Source of the DNA: Eutreptiella sp. 'Long Island Sound 2002'
Lineage: Eukaryota > Protista > Euglenida
Length of the DNA: 64,000 nt
Assembly (NCBI GenBank): GCA_964036045.1
Contig: OZ038378.1
Span: forward strand, 20,336,001-20,400,000
Direction: 5' to 3'
The position numbers and the translations under genes were made by a program. The notes under the pieces were generated by a model, which saw nothing but the letters and a program-made list of their open reading frames with translations, had not been told where the DNA came from and ran no database searches. Shown here piece after piece: positions 23,441-37,254 of the stretch (position 1 is the first letter of the stretch; every line of letters begins with the position of its first letter).

Positions 23441-26334
23441 TAGTTCTCCTTTCATTGCTCTTGCCGCGCTTCCCCTTGGTTGGGGAGAAGGGGCCAAAGG
23501 TGCAAGGTGGGGAATGAGAAATAATGGGGTGAAGCTCGTAGGGGTGAAAAGGGGAGTGGTAGAGGAGATCCACAAGGACAAAGTACAGATACTTTTGGTA
23601 GGAGGGGTACATCAGCTGGCGATGGTCTTGGAGGAGGTGGAGGCGGTGGATGTGATGTCTCCCGACGGAGTTGGGGCTTTTTGGAGCAGTTGGGATCAGG
23701 AGTGCACCCATGGAGGAAGAGGTAAAAGCGGCATACAAGAAGTGGGTGTTACATTTACACCCCAACAAGAAAAAGGAATAATGCAGCCAAGGCAGCCCAA
23801 CTCTTCAAGGGGTTGAATGTTGGCTACACAGCATGGAAGGAAGCGGAAAGGAGGGCACTAGTAGACCTCATTTGGTCCCAATAAATACATATTGGTCCCC
23901 GACGTTGAGTAGTTTGATGTCCAACCCCTCCTCCTTTTTTCCTCCAAGATTTTGGCCCCCGAGATGGTGCGCTTGTCGTGTGTATGCCACCTGAACTTTA
24001 CTTGGAAGGTCAAGCTACGTGCCCTTTGAGACCCTATGTGGTGCCATGCCCTCTCATTCCTTTGGGTCCAGACCAGTTGGACCTGAAGTATTTGGGGTTG
24101 AACTAGGGTCCGCCCTTGGCACTATAAAAGTGGTGACCTCAAGCGCATGGGTGTTGGGGGATAGGATTTGGGCACTAGAGATATTCATAATTAGGGAAGG
24201 GATCAACTTCACAATGGATGACCCAACGAGGTTGATTTATAACCTACATTGGGCAAACACAGGTGCTGCTCTAGTGGGCATATGGCAATACTCGGGGAAT
24301 TAGGGTAAGGGAAGCAAAGGAGCATGCCATGGAATGATTGTGTGGTCTATCTGGTTGTGGGCCAACAGGTAGGACTTATCCATAATTTTCAAAAAACATA
24401 AGGGTCGATGGATATGTGAATCCCACTTCATGGAAAGGCCAACAACCGGGATTCACACCAGGATGCGGCGGCCCTATAGGGTGATAAAGAAGCAGATAGT
24501 GGAGGGGAAGCATCAAGGCCACGGACTTCGTGTGGCCCCACGTCAAAAAAGGCAATTGGCAAGTTCCGGGAGGCCGTGGCCAAGTATCCCACGAGGTGTG
24601 TACCCCCAAACTTGGAACCCGGCCAAAAATGGCATTGTTTGGGAGGCCAAAGGCTCAAGTACCTCAGGACACCTTGCAAAACAGCGGCAAGTCAACTGAA
24701 TGGCGAGTATGCCAAAGCAAGTAACATCTCAATTTGCAAACGTTCTCCGTTGTATCCCGGCGCATGTTGGAGGAGGTGCGTCGGCTGCCGCAAGTGGCAC
24801 AACCCGCAACTACTACTACAACACCAATCCCCTCCCATCACCCTACTTCCACATTGACCCCCCACCCATCACCCCGGGTGGCGCCCATGCCACACGAGGG
24901 AATGGACACACAATACACACACCCCGGACCTAGGGGGAGGGCCTGGGTGGTGGGGGACACAGGATGCGCTCGCCACAAGGAGGATTGAGCGCGAGAAAGG
25001 GCAGGTTGAAGGTCGTTATGTGCCCCCATCGGGAAAGGGACCTTGCAAGTGGACATCTTGGGGTCCAAAAGCCGCCGTTGGGGCAGGGTTCCCCCACCGC
25101 CGGTATGGAGTGTCCACTTGGATGCACCTAGCCAATGGTGAGGGCCGTTGCCCTCCTCTGTGTGGACCCGACACAGAGCTGTGAAATGGGGTCAGTCGGG
25201 GGCTCCGTTGGCACAACCTACCAAGGGAAAGGAAGGGTGAGTATGGAGGTAAGGATAGGCCAGGCAGACAGAGGGAGGGCATAGGGTGGTGAGAAGGCAA
25301 TGGGCGCCACCACCTATGGAGGGAAAATGTTCAAGGAAATGGCAAGGGTAAGGGGCTACAGGCCAATAGGCGCCGCCAGCTGCAGACGGCAATACAACCA
25401 AGTGTCATGCCACCCCCCCCCCCCCCCCTGTGGATCCGGCGAAAGTTGTTGAGAATTTTTGTACACATTGATGGAGGTGTGTCAACTACACAGTGGAAAA
25501 ACACCTCCATTCCTGCCTACCAACCAATTTTTTTAACTCAAATAAGGGGTGCTGTTGCAGTTTGTATTTATGCACATTTACACATATTTCAACAAAGGTG
25601 CTGGTATGCGCACCAAGTGATTTATTGTTGCTGAAGCAAGATCCACAACCGGAATATGACAAAGAGGACACAGCCACAACCCATATACTTGCATGTGTGT
25701 CCCCCTGATACGGCAAGGGATACATGGCCACAATCCACACCCTTGTAGGTGTGTGTGGCGTGTGGCCCAGGGACCGCAGGGATACTCAGGCACAAGCCAC
25801 ACACTTGCATGTATGTGGACCTGATACGGCACGGAACGAAGGAACACAACCCGCACACTTGCATGTGTTTGCCCCCACACCATACTGCATGTACCAGCTG
25901 CTGTACACACGTGGACAATGTTCCATGGCAGTTTGCTTGTGGTGCATTTATTTGAGTGCGTTTTCTCTAAAATGAGGAGTGCTTCGCATGCAACACAGAG
26001 GGACAAGGGGCAATACTTGCTGCAAAAACAGGAGGAGGAAATTCAAGTGGAAGCCATTCTAGGGCATCACCAATTCGCGTTTACGGGGGGGGGGCTCCCA
26101 TGCCAGGCAACCTTAGGGCGGGCGGGGGGGGTCCCTAAGAAGGGGGGGGGGGCTTGCCATGGCATGGGAGGGTGCAATTGGTCATTTGCAATTTTTTTTG
26201 ATTTTAGCAATTTTCACCAAGGGGTTTTTGTGGTGCGGCAGGGCAGGAGGGCTTTATTGTGCCGGCGTGTGCAATCATTGGCATCCCTGCGACAGCGTAC
26301 ACAACCCATATGCTGTGTGCAAATTTTGATGCAG

Positions 26335-26453
26335 GTGCAATTCTGTGCTATGGGGCCACTGACTCTGGCAAGACGTACACAATGATGGGCGGTGGTGGTC
26401 AGGAAGGAATGATCCCAATGGCCATCCGCGACGTGTTTTTGCATGTGAATGAG
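26335..26453 (+). CDS. Kinesin motor exon with P-loop: (G)AILCYGATDSGKTYTMMGGGGQEGMIPMAIRDVFLHVNE
   Basis: GxxxxGKT inside the YGxTxSGKTYTM kinesin signature; cag acceptor and gtaatc donor. Confidence 0.95.
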
Positions 26454-26851
26454 GTAATCTTCTTGCCCCAGCCCAGCGGTTAGGGTGGCCAGTGCAGCTG
26501 CAACTGCATATTTGCATTGCCGGCTGTTGATGGGAACATTTGGTGTCTGTGTCTTGTGACTTCTCTTGATGAAGTTGCATGCCTATGCCCGTGTCCCGGC
26601 CTACGTCCACAACTGTACTGCTGATCGTGGATGGCATTGTCAGGCGAATGAGGGGGCTGGTAAGAGGGTGGATTTGGGTTTGGGCTTCCTGGTGAGGGTT
26701 GCCCAAAGCTGGTGAAAGCCCTATGTAAGAGCTGGTAGGGTTTGGCGAGGCTGCAATCAAGGAGTTGCAGGGGTTCAGCTCCACAACCACTCCAAAATCC
26801 TCGGCTGTTCTCGAATGACCGAACAACCCTCTTTGACCCTTGTTCACCGCG

Positions 26852-27013
26852 TCAGGACAGCACAACCCTAAGCCATCAACAACTCTCCGTAACCGTCGCA
26901 AACTGTACTAGATCCTTGACAACACTCAGCAAAAGACCAATGATGATGCCCACGGCTTCCAACTGAACAACATCCAGACCAACCTCCGAAAACAGAGCTC
27001 TAGAAGCCACCCA
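26852..27013 (+). repeat. Dispersed ~160-bp direct repeat, copy 2
   Basis: Near-identical to 11469-11630. Confidence 0.9.
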
Positions 27014-29345
27014 CATGCCCCTGCGACCGCCTGTTCTCCCGCGCGTTTGGACTCGGGGACCGCCCTGCCTCCACCTGTGGCTGTTTCTTCAAGCGACCTC
27101 CATGGCGCCAAAGGAGTGGCCATTAGGGTCAAATAGGTTAGTACTCCAGAGGGCGGTGGTGGTTCAACCGTCAGGGGCAAGAAGGTTACCGGCAATGCCT
27201 CCGGATGTCTGCGTTGGTTCAATGGTGTTTATTTTGGTGCGGAGAGCCCTCCATCGTATCCAGAACAGCAAGAAAGGACATCACCTACACAAGTCAATTG
27301 CATCTGGAAGAAAAAAAAAGAAAAGAAATCGTCTAAAAACGGGTCAATTTGTGGATTTTGTGCCCTGGACCTGTTTTGTTTAGCGGCATTTGTTGAATTG
27401 ATCTCTACAGTCTGCTTCAACAATGTGGGTCCAGGGCCAGGCGTCCAGCCATGCATACCAACTGGCAATGCCATGTACAGTGTGATGGTGGAAGCAACCA
27501 GTGATTTCAGCAATTAAAATTTAGAACACAGGAGAATACCAGTGCGTGCCACCAACGGTAGCCGGCCGCGGGGCATCGTGGGTTTGGGAACAGCATATAC
27601 CGTGCAGACGCCAATATTTTGCCAAATATTTAATTCCAGGGTGTTTTTTTCTGAGCACAAAAAAAAAACAAGAAACGCAAATATTTGAAATGATTTTGGT
27701 GTTCCGGACAGAGGATTTCGCAAAAAATTAGGTTGATTAAATAAATAATCCGGAGAGTGTAGGGTTTGTACCGTTTGTGAACATTCGTACAGGCATGATG
27801 CAAGGATGTGCAAGGGGAAAAAATGGTTAAAGTCCGTGCTCCCCGATCCAGTCTTGCTGTCCTAGAGTAGGGATCCCTGAGATCTGGATTTTGCACACTG
27901 ACCACTAGGATATTGCCTGTACCTGACATAGCAGTGCTCAAGGACCATATACAAACTGAGGGGTAATTTTTTTTCCAAACAGCAGCAGTGAGCATACATT
28001 ATCAAACGCATAATGGCATTTGGACGAAGAATAATCGCAAAAAATAAATTTATTTTAGGTGCTCAATACACAGATTTCGGCTTGCAATTTCAAAAGCATC
28101 GCAATTTTTTTGGGGGGGGCTGTTTGGTGGCAAAACTAAAAAATTTGCTAAATTTCAATTGTTTTTATTTTCGCAAAATATTCGTGTTTTAGGAATATTC
28201 GTGTTTGCATGGTATGGGGCATTAGGTAATGGCTGCTCGTTGAAGATATTTGCCTTTTCCTACTAAGTGCGCAATCTCAGCGTCCCCTTAGGCGTGCAAT
28301 ACTTTTCCTTAATGAGGGATTTCAATCCATTGAGAATCTTTGGGAGCCCTCAGAAGACCACTCACTGCTGGGCATTCACTGGTGGTATATACTACAAAGC
28401 AACCCTCAGCAATGCTCAGCAAAAGTCTCAACGATGCTTTCTAAATCCCTGGACCTCTCATATCTTCCATACCCCTTCACGGAGCTCTCCCAACTCTGCT
28501 ACCCCCATACTTCAGGTTTCCCCTGTAGACCCTTTTCGCATACAATAAAAAAATATGGTCATACGGCATCTCCAACAGAGCACTGAGTGGCTGAAATCCG
28601 AGCGACCATAGTGCGTAGTGCAAATGTATTGGTCCATCTACCGGACAGCCAAAGCAATGGACAGGTGTGGTCAAGCAATGGACAAACAATTTTCGAGCCA
28701 TCAGCCATTACCTTTTTGCTGTGCACGAGTAACCTATACTAAAGTGCAGGGAAGGTGTGGGGGCGGCTCTTCTCAATACCCATGGGTGGCTTCTTCAGTG
28801 CACAGTCTGCGGACCTACACTTCATATGGTCATTCCACGTGGCAAAGGCACAATCCTGCAGATGGCGCTCCGTGTCTCTTGCACTGCAGGGCACTGCAGG
28901 ACATGCAATGTCTTTTGCATAGTTTAGAGACAACGTTATGGTTGCTTCCGCAGGCCCCCACCACTGCAATGAGCAATGTGTGCGGCACGTTAGGCGAAAC
29001 TTGGAGCCTTTGGGCTCTCTGTCCATGCATTGAGGAACCTAACGACCCCTGCACAGGCGCCTGTATGGGATAGCACTTACAAGCCCTGGGCATTTGTGTG
29101 TGTTGCGCCAATGGTACAGGAACCTGCATTGCACACCCATCCACAAATACTGCCAAGTGGACCTTCAAGTTAGGCGTGCCGCTGCAGTCGCATGGGCTGT
29201 ACAGGATATGGCGCTAGCTATACCAGTGTTCTTACCAACTGTCTTCCGTTTGTAACATCCTGGGTTGCCCTACTCATCAGCGCTGCAGCTTGAATGAATA
29301 TGGGCCCCAACAACAGCAACAACAGCAACAACAACATATGCATGC

Positions 29346-29588
<243 letters not shown>

Positions 29589-29636
29589 CAAAGGCATGGG
29601 CGCGGTGCTGGGGTTCCGCCTGTATTTATCTCGCAG

Positions 29637-29765
29637 CATTCGAATAAGCGTTGGGAAGTGAAGGTCAGTTTTATGGAGTTTTTGAACGAGTCCATTCGGG
29701 ATTTGGTGTATGACAAAGCGTCGCGAAATGCAGTCGCTTCCATTCTCCGAATCTATGAAGAGGAG
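29637..29765 (+). CDS. Kinesin motor exon: HSNKRWEVKVSFMEFLNESIRDLVYDKASRNAVASILRIYEEE
   Basis: Matches VxVSYLEIYNExIxDLL...LxIxE; cag acceptor and gtattt donor; phase 0 at both ends. Missed by the ORF track. Confidence 0.92.
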
Positions 29766-30380
29766 GTATTTTGTATGGAGTAATTTGTGTGCTTGCGTCA
29801 TATGCTGTGCGTGCACACGTACGCGCGTGTGTGTGTGTGTGTGGCATCAACGAGTGTGTCAGAGTGCAATGCCTATGCCGTGCAACGTTGTGACTGTGTT
29901 GTTTATTGACGGGGCTGATGCAACAGACCTGCACAATCCTGCACTACCTTGTGACTGCAGCCAGCTGTTTTGCAGGCATCAGAAGGGTATGTGTACGGAT
30001 GCCCATTTTGAACCCGCTCTGTGTGTATGTGCTTCACTACTGTGGCCAGGCAGTAGTGCGGCACGCAATGTTGGCACCACCCAGCGCCCAAATGCTCCCT
30101 TTCCTCTTCTCCTTTGCCCGGTATCTCAACTGCTAAAGAGCTTCTGCCTTGGGAAGTGCAGGTCGTGCACGGCACCTGAGAATTTTCGAAATTTTGGCCT
30201 TTTCTAGTCAACTTCTGTCGTGTCTGGGATGCGTTTGGATCATCGTTTGGTGCCAATACGGGTGCTCTAGCATCCATGGGGACCCATGTAGTGGCTGCTA
30301 GGCCCATGTAACCAGGGCCGTGGGTCCCCCTGCACCGCCCGAAATTGCTGTTTGAAGCCTATTCAGTGGCACCTGACAAT

Positions 30381-30570
30381 CACCTCAAAGAGGGTTGTTA
30401 ATTCAGCACAGGCACGAGCGCCATAAGAACCCCCCCGTTTTTGAGGGTGTTCACGTAGCATACCCCAATGCATGAAATTGGATGTTTGACCCCTTGCAAA
30501 GTCTTCATTTTGGGAGGCAAACTGTGCCCCCAATGAATTTTTCGATTTTGGCCCCTCAGCCCCCCCTCGG
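30381..30570 (+). repeat. Diverged dispersed repeat; second copy at about 36911-37095
   Basis: Shared tcacctcaaagag...atgaaattggatgt...tttttcgatttt...cccc blocks in the same order. Confidence 0.75.
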
Positions 30571-31164
30571 CCCCTTCGCCGCAGCTGAATGCTGCTTTCT
30601 AGGGGGGCTCCAAATGGAAAAAAAATGACCCCACCATTACCCGAAGCGGGCAAAATGGTTCGAACCCCCCCGTTTTCCCCACAACTGATCTGGGGCACAA
30701 AAAGTGTTTTTGCTCCATGATAAGCCTGTTTTGACTCTATTTGGAGGCGGAAACATCAACAGAAAAGGTTCAACAACATGGTCTTCCCCCCAGACCCTCC
30801 ATGATTATTTGGGAGGGGCCAAAACGGTTTTCTGAACCCTGTTTTGACCCCTCTGCCTTGCCGAAGGCACTGGAATTCAAGCAGGTCTTTGCTCAACGAT
30901 GGGGGGCTGGGGTGGTCCACAAGCGCTGGTTGGGTCCCGTGTAGTACAACCCATCTCCAGTGCCACATCTAGTAGAGCCTTTGATGAAGGTCACATGCCG
31001 ATCGCACTCGGTAGGGGACGGATTCCGGTCAAAGGTTGGGTGGTGTTGGGTCCTGCCTTACGAGATTTTGCAGGGCAGGGTCCTAGCCCCCCGGGACTGC
31101 GAGCCATCGAAGGTGGACCCGCCCCACAGGGGCACAACCCAAGGCTGCATGGCTTGTTTTGCAG

Positions 31165-31317
31165 AAGAAGGGGGTAGTCGTTTGGGGTGCCAAGGACATG
31201 GTCGTGGAATCGGAGGCTCAGGCGCTGAAGATTTTGGAGACGGGGCTCGAGAACCGCACAGCCAAAAGCGCCGGAGCAGAGGGACACAATCCGTGGTCCA
31301 CCGTGGTGTACCGCTTG
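31165..31317 (+). CDS. Kinesin motor exon (switch I region): KKGVVVWGAKDMVVESEAQALKILETGLENRTAKSAGAEGHNPWSTVVYRL
   Basis: Matches GVxVxGxxExxVxS...LxxGxxxR; cag acceptor and gtgcgt donor; NxxSSRSH is replaced by EGHNPWST. Confidence 0.9.
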
Positions 31318-32398
31318 GTGCGTGTGCGCGTCCCAAGGCAGGGCAGGCAGGGCACCCCCCCCCCCCCCTCTGCTCTGGTGGCCCGAGAGCAAACGGCTGG
31401 GGGGCGGCCTGGGCCGGGCAACCTGTCAGCCATCCGCACCTTTCCATCCTACCGCAGGGGAGGCGGGCATGCGTACCACCGTACCACATGCCCATACGGT
31501 ACAGTCGAGGGATCCAACACATCACATCCACAGAGGACACCGCCATGACTTCTGGCAATCATACGCGCAAAGTACACAACATCCGTGGGCATCCGCAGCA
31601 GACAGGGCAGGTGCCCTGACCAGGGCTACGGATGCTATCCGGGGTGCATCCTTGCACGGGGTGTGAAGCACAGAAACCAATTGCGCCGGGCCATGACACT
31701 GAGCAAATCTGGAGGCCAACAGCAGCCCAAATCCCCCTATCCCTCATCCCCACTTGGCTGTCGCACGCGCTGCTGCCTAGGCCCTGTACACCACTCGGCC
31801 CATAGGCGTGGGCAAAAACGGGGAGGCCTCTTGCGCCCCATATGTGTCAATGACCGCCAGCAGCATACAGGCCTCCGACGCAAACGAGCAGCGGCGGGAC
31901 GGGTGGCCCGGTGCAGCTGAGAGGGCACCCAGAACAGAAACGCAAGCAGCCTCGACCACCGCGGCACATGCTGCACCACCCTCAGGATGCGGTTGTGTGC
32001 GGAACAAGCCGTACGTGCAGTACCCTTGACCACCGTGGTCTGCCCCCAGCAGTCGACCACAATGATGTATCACATACTCCTTGCAGCTCACCTGTCCAAT
32101 ATGCAGGCATTCGTGTGACACAGATCTGCCCCCCCCCCCCTTGCCGCGCTTTGGTACCTTCAAGTGCCTTTGAATGGTTGCAATGCAGTAGCTCTTGGTG
32201 GGTGGCTGTGTCAAACAGGGAAAGTCTACCAACGGTTCCACCTACTCTTTCGCTTAGCCCACCTGAATTCGGTCTACCCGCCTGCCGCGCTTTCCCTGTC
32301 TCTCCCTTGGGAACTCGTCAGTCATATGTCAGGGCCTAGCTAGGGACCATTTACCTGGAGGCCGGCTGTGCCAGTGTGCCCTGTTTGCGCTCCTGCAG

Positions 32399-32461
32399 AG
32401 CATCGAGAGCACCTTTGAGGTGGGCAAGAATGATGCATTCAAGACATCGAGCGCAAATCTG
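32399..32461 (+). CDS. Kinesin motor exon: SIESTFEVGKNDAFKTSSANL
   Basis: ctgcag acceptor and gtgcgt donor; 63 nt, phase 0/0. The IES after switch I is reminiscent of kinesin-7/CENP-E. Confidence 0.8.
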
Positions 32462-32800
32462 GTGCGTTTGTGACGTGCCTGGCCGGTTGTGCTGCAGTCG
32501 CTGTTGTCCCATAGACGGGGTTGTTTTGGGGTGTTGGTGTGCCATTGGCTGCACGATCAGGTGATCTTTTCGTGCGTGGGGCATGTGTTGCCTGGGCCGT
32601 GTATTGTGGGGGCGAGTCCGAGGGAGAGGCGTGCGGCTGTGAGAGGGATAGACTTTGGGCTGTTGGCGGGAGGACGCCAGGGAGAGGCGTGCGGCTGTTG
32701 GGCGCGAGGGCGAGGCCCGGAGCTGAATATCTGGTGCAATCTGTTGTCGGGCGCTGTGTTCCAGACGTGTGCCTCTCCTGCTGCTGCCTCCGTGCTGCAG

Positions 32801-32946
32801 TATTTGGTGGATTTAGCGCGATCCGATTCGAATCCAAACGCTACGTTAAGTCTTAAGTCAAGCGATGGTAGCGCGGACGCGGAGTCCCGAAAGGCCGTGC
32901 AGACTCTGACCACCATCGTGACGAAACTCAGTCACGGAGACCGAGT
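32801..32946 (+). CDS. Kinesin motor exon (switch II region): YLVDLARSDSNPNATLSLKSSDGSADAESRKAVQTLTTIVTKLSHGDR(V)
   Basis: LVDLAxS motif and relay helix; ctgcag acceptor and gtatgt donor; phase 2 matches the next exon. Confidence 0.9.
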
Positions 32947-33865
32947 GTATGTGCGCTGCGCCGCCAGTGTGGGATTGAGGGTGGAGGTTGAGCGGCTGCT
33001 CCCAGGACCAGCGGATGCCAAACTGGTCCGCCAGCTTATGCATGCATCGCACCGAGGCGCCCTCCGTTCCCAAGGAGATGCGGCGTGTATGTGTATGTGT
33101 GTGCTGGGGGGGGGGGTGAATTCCCCATTTAAGGGGGCGGGCCATGGCATGCTTCGTGTGCCATTTGGCCTCAAAAGTTCTTCTGTGACGTGGCAACGCT
33201 TGGGAGGTGGAGTTGTGTTCCGTGTCAGATTGTGTGTGTGTGTGTGTGTATGTGTGTGGCCAATGGTCTGTGCGACATTTCTGGCAACACATACCATTGT
33301 CAAGTGTTGCTAGTGCGAGGCATGACCAATGCTGGAATTCAGCCATCTCCTTTTAGACCCCTCCCCTCTTTCAGGAAGCACTGCATGTGAGGCCTGCTGG
33401 CAGGAGAGGGGATGCTGAGGGGCATGATGCTGCAGTGTGCCGCAGTGGGATTAGCATTCCACCCCGACCACTGCCATGCACTGCCGATGACCTGACGTGA
33501 GGGTAGCAGCATCCCTGTAATCCTTTGACCCCGCGAAACCTCCACCGCCTTGAGTTAGGGCAGGAACGGTGCCAGAAGCAATAAACGATGTGCCACAGTT
33601 CCGTGCCCCAAGTGAACCGGTCCCTGAAACACTATTGTTATACTCAGACAAATGCCTCGCTGCTCTGTTTGCCCGCTTTACGCGTGCGCGTGCCAGGCGC
33701 GCGCCTATGGGTTGGGTTGTCTGCGTGGACGTGTATTTATTCGTGCGCGCGCGCGCGTGCGCATGCAAATGGTTCGTGCGTGACTTCCACGCATTTCGTC
33801 CACGAAGCAAAGGGCTGTCGGTGCTCACCGGCATCAGTAGTGGCTGCCTCTTTGCTGTTCTTCAG

Positions 33866-33931
33866 TGCACTGCCGTACAGAGAGAGCAAGTTGACCCGAG
33901 TCTTGGCCTCGGTTTTAGGAGGAAACTGCAG
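33866..33931 (+). CDS. Kinesin motor exon (L12): (V)ALPYRESKLTRVLASVLGGNC(R)
   Basis: Canonical PYRxSKLTRxLxxxLGGN; ttcag acceptor and gt donor; phase 2/2. Confidence 0.95.
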
Positions 33932-36038
33932 GTCATCTCCCCTTCAGTTCACTCCAGCCATGCACAGTGCCGTGTCCAAAGGAACAGCTCGTCGTCGTTT
34001 GTGCACACTCCTGAGCCGCCTACACAGCTCTTGACCTTCACAGAAATATTGCCGAGCGCAGTGCGTCACTCAGCCACATGCCGGATGCAGGCCCCTCTAG
34101 ACCCCCTCCCCCCTCTTCCGAATTCCAAGCCCCCTCCGTTACCCTCATTCCCTAAAAGTGCCAAAACACAGCCAACTCCAGGCCATGTTGGTGACAAATG
34201 CATTGGGCAAGCGGTTCTCTTGGAAGTCATGGTGAAGAGAGGGTGTGGCCCGTATCGTGCTGCTCCCCCAAACAAATCAGGGCCGTCCTTCTAGGACTGC
34301 GCGGATGTGTCTGCAGCCCTTTTGCAGCGCAATGCCCCTCCTCAAGACCAAAAAGGGGCGCGCACATGCGACACACGGCCCCAATCTGTTTGGAACGGGG
34401 GAAGGGGGGGCAAGAGAACGGTGGGGACGAAGGGATTACACGGGCCCCCACCAGGCTCTTTTGGGGAAGGGGCGGCGGTGTTCTGTGTGTTTGTACCAGG
34501 CCTGTCTTTACTGCCGAAAGCGAAATGGTCGGACTCCAGTACAACTGGACCACAACGGAGCATCGCCCGGTCGGAAGCTGCTGTTGATTACTGGCCAACC
34601 AGCGTAGGTCGAGCGTGAACCACCATCCACTCTCCTCCAGTCACCAGCAGCCATCAAATGCCACCCACCGTTGGGTAACTGCGACCTGACCGCAAAGCTT
34701 CAGGTGTATTCCAGTGCAAAAAAAAAAGGGAGTATCGACAAAAAAGGTCCTTTCCAGGCGCACTCCACTAGCAACACCATGGGCAGAATGCCTGGGAGTA
34801 CGATGCACCAGTGATGTTGGGGGTGGTGGAAAGCACTAAACACCACGTGGTCTGGGAATTGCTCAATGTGAAGCTCCAAGCGCTATTAGGGGAATGGACG
34901 GCATACTGGCAGAACACTGCAACCGTGAGCAGTGGAACAAATATTCCATTTTCATTGGTCAAACTGTGCACCCTCACAACACCCCAGTTCCATCGTCAGT
35001 GGCATTGGCACCAAACAGTAAGGTGTGAGCTCCTGCTAGCTTTCCTTGCTTTGGAACACTGGAGACCAAATGGTCATCAAGTATTGCTCTACAGGTGATT
35101 GTGTGGCGGCATCGATTGCCAGGTACCCCTACGAAGAAGAGAAGTGAACACAACTGTCGTGGCATGGACAGCACGGCTTGTCAACCATCATGCACCAAAC
35201 TCGCGGATATTTCGTTGGTGGCATGAACACAACAAACCTGTTAGTCAGGATAGCCTGGTAACTGTGCCCACGCAAGACAGGATAGCCTGCCCTCTGAAAA
35301 CATGTATATATTTGCTGGCATGGGCAAGACAGCCTGCTGGCTATCCTCAAGAACGAAGAATGCAGGAACAAAGTGGCAACATGGAAAGGACAGCCTGTCA
35401 GCTGTCCCCACTTCAGGACCTTCCGTAAGGATCCAGATTTTTTTCTTTTTTCTTTTCGGGACAGGGATTGTGGATATCGCCCCGTTAAGGGGTAACCGAC
35501 AGCTGTTGGAGGGTAATTGTGTGCATGCTACTTTGTTCGTGTGAGGGAGGGATTGCCCCCTCCTCCCCACCTTCTTCCCTCATGTACGGCCCTGCCCCAC
35601 TTGCTGGATGGCGGGTGTTTCTTGGTGGCGTGGAGAAGACACTGTGTTTGCTGTGTCCAAGACGAAAGATTTGCTATGAAACATGTGCTCGGCGACAAAT
35701 GCCAACACGAATGCTGCAAAAAGTAGGGTCTCGTGGGAATGGATTTGTCCATAGCCAACCCAATCTAAGAGGTGGACAATGTTGGAAACGGCCTTGGATC
35801 TGCAACCAGCGCAGGTGCCCCGGCCTAGTAACCAAGAGTCGCCCCGCAACGCACACAATTGACCACCACCAAACCTGGAGGTCACGCACAAGACATGGCA
35901 CTGGGCATTGGTTGTATTGCATGGTACCCCGCCAGCCTTTATGGATCACCCTCCCCTCCCTTCAATTGACCATCTGCCTGCCCCTGCCCTCTTTTCCAGT
36001 GCAAGCTGGCTCCCAATGATCCAATTCTTGTTGTGCAG

Positions 36039-36156
36039 GTGCTCCATCATCTGTCTGCTGCTAGACCATGACACTTGGCACAATGAGGCTGCCAGTACTC
36101 TGCAGTTTGCAGCGCGGGCGAAGAGAATGGTCAATTTTGTGACTGCCAATCAGACG
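36039..36156 (+). CDS. Kinesin motor exon (alpha6/neck): (R)CSIICLLLDHDTWHNEAASTLQFAARAKRMVNFVTANQT
   Basis: Matches ExxSTLxFAxRAKxIxN; gtgcag acceptor and gtgtgc donor. Confidence 0.92.
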
Positions 36157-37254
36157 GTGTGCATACCTGACGCTTGTGGCTGTCGCGGACTCGTGGTGTT
36201 TTGGGAGGTGTCCTCAAGTGGGCCAGAGACGGCCTTGCACTAGGAACTTCGGAGCTGCCCACCTTGCAGAGCTGGATCCTATGTCCGGAGGCGGGATGTT
36301 AATTGTACTGATGGAAAGTCGGAAGCAACCATAAGGGCTGTTGGGCACCATAGGAGGAGCTAGCCCGCCTCCCTGTGCACCCCCTCAGCCTCCGCCTGGA
36401 AGACAATCCTCTTGCGCTGTTTGATTTTGGCGCTTGCAGTTGCCAGAGAATATGATGCACTCGGAGTATCTATCATCATATCTGCCTTTTCTTTGCCATT
36501 TTCAGCCACAACACCACATGTTTGCGTCAATTTCATACCACTCTCTTTTGCAAGGTGAGCAACGCTCCGTGGGACGGGGCCACTTGAAGGGATGCTGCAA
36601 GCCTCATAGTGCTCGCGCCCAGCAGGAACCATGGAAAAGCCTCTGGTTGTGAGGCCTGCGAGCGGATACCTGACAATAACTCCCAGTTGAAAAGAAAGCG
36701 TGGCACCAGCCTGAGCACCTGCAAGCATGCAATGGCATTCCTTTCATCAGCGGTGGGGTGCAATCCTCTGGCGGGGGGTTCGGCGGCGGTTCGGTCCACC
36801 GGCAACCTGTCAAGCTGAATCATGGGTGTCTGGCTGAATTGGTGGGCCGGCATCACCAGATGGTTCCCACCTGTGCCTGTGCATGTGCTTGTACCTCAGC
36901 CTGTGTCCAAATCACCTCAAAGAGAGGTTGTTAGATCAAGCGCAGGCACAGACACCATTACCGCATTTATTGGGGTTATTCACATAGCACACACCAATGT
37001 ATGAAATTGGATGTCTACCCCCTTGTAAAATCATTATTTTGGGAGACAAAATTATCCCCCAATCAATTTTTCGATTTTGACCCCTCCAACCCCCTGTACC
37101 CGTGTACCGCTTTGTTGGGGGCTGGGGTGGGGTTGGAGATGTCAAAACTTGGTGGGCCTATAGCCGCCACTGTGTGTTGATCCAGACCCAGGTCCTAGAG
37201 AACTTTTTTCTTATATGAGGCCCCCCTGACCAATTACAGGGTCCTAGACCCTAT

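Noticed and set aside
25990-26075. EEEIQVEAILGHHQF, like a chromodomain start
   Set aside because: Only about 10 residues match; the sequence runs into G-tracts with no YLVKW motif.
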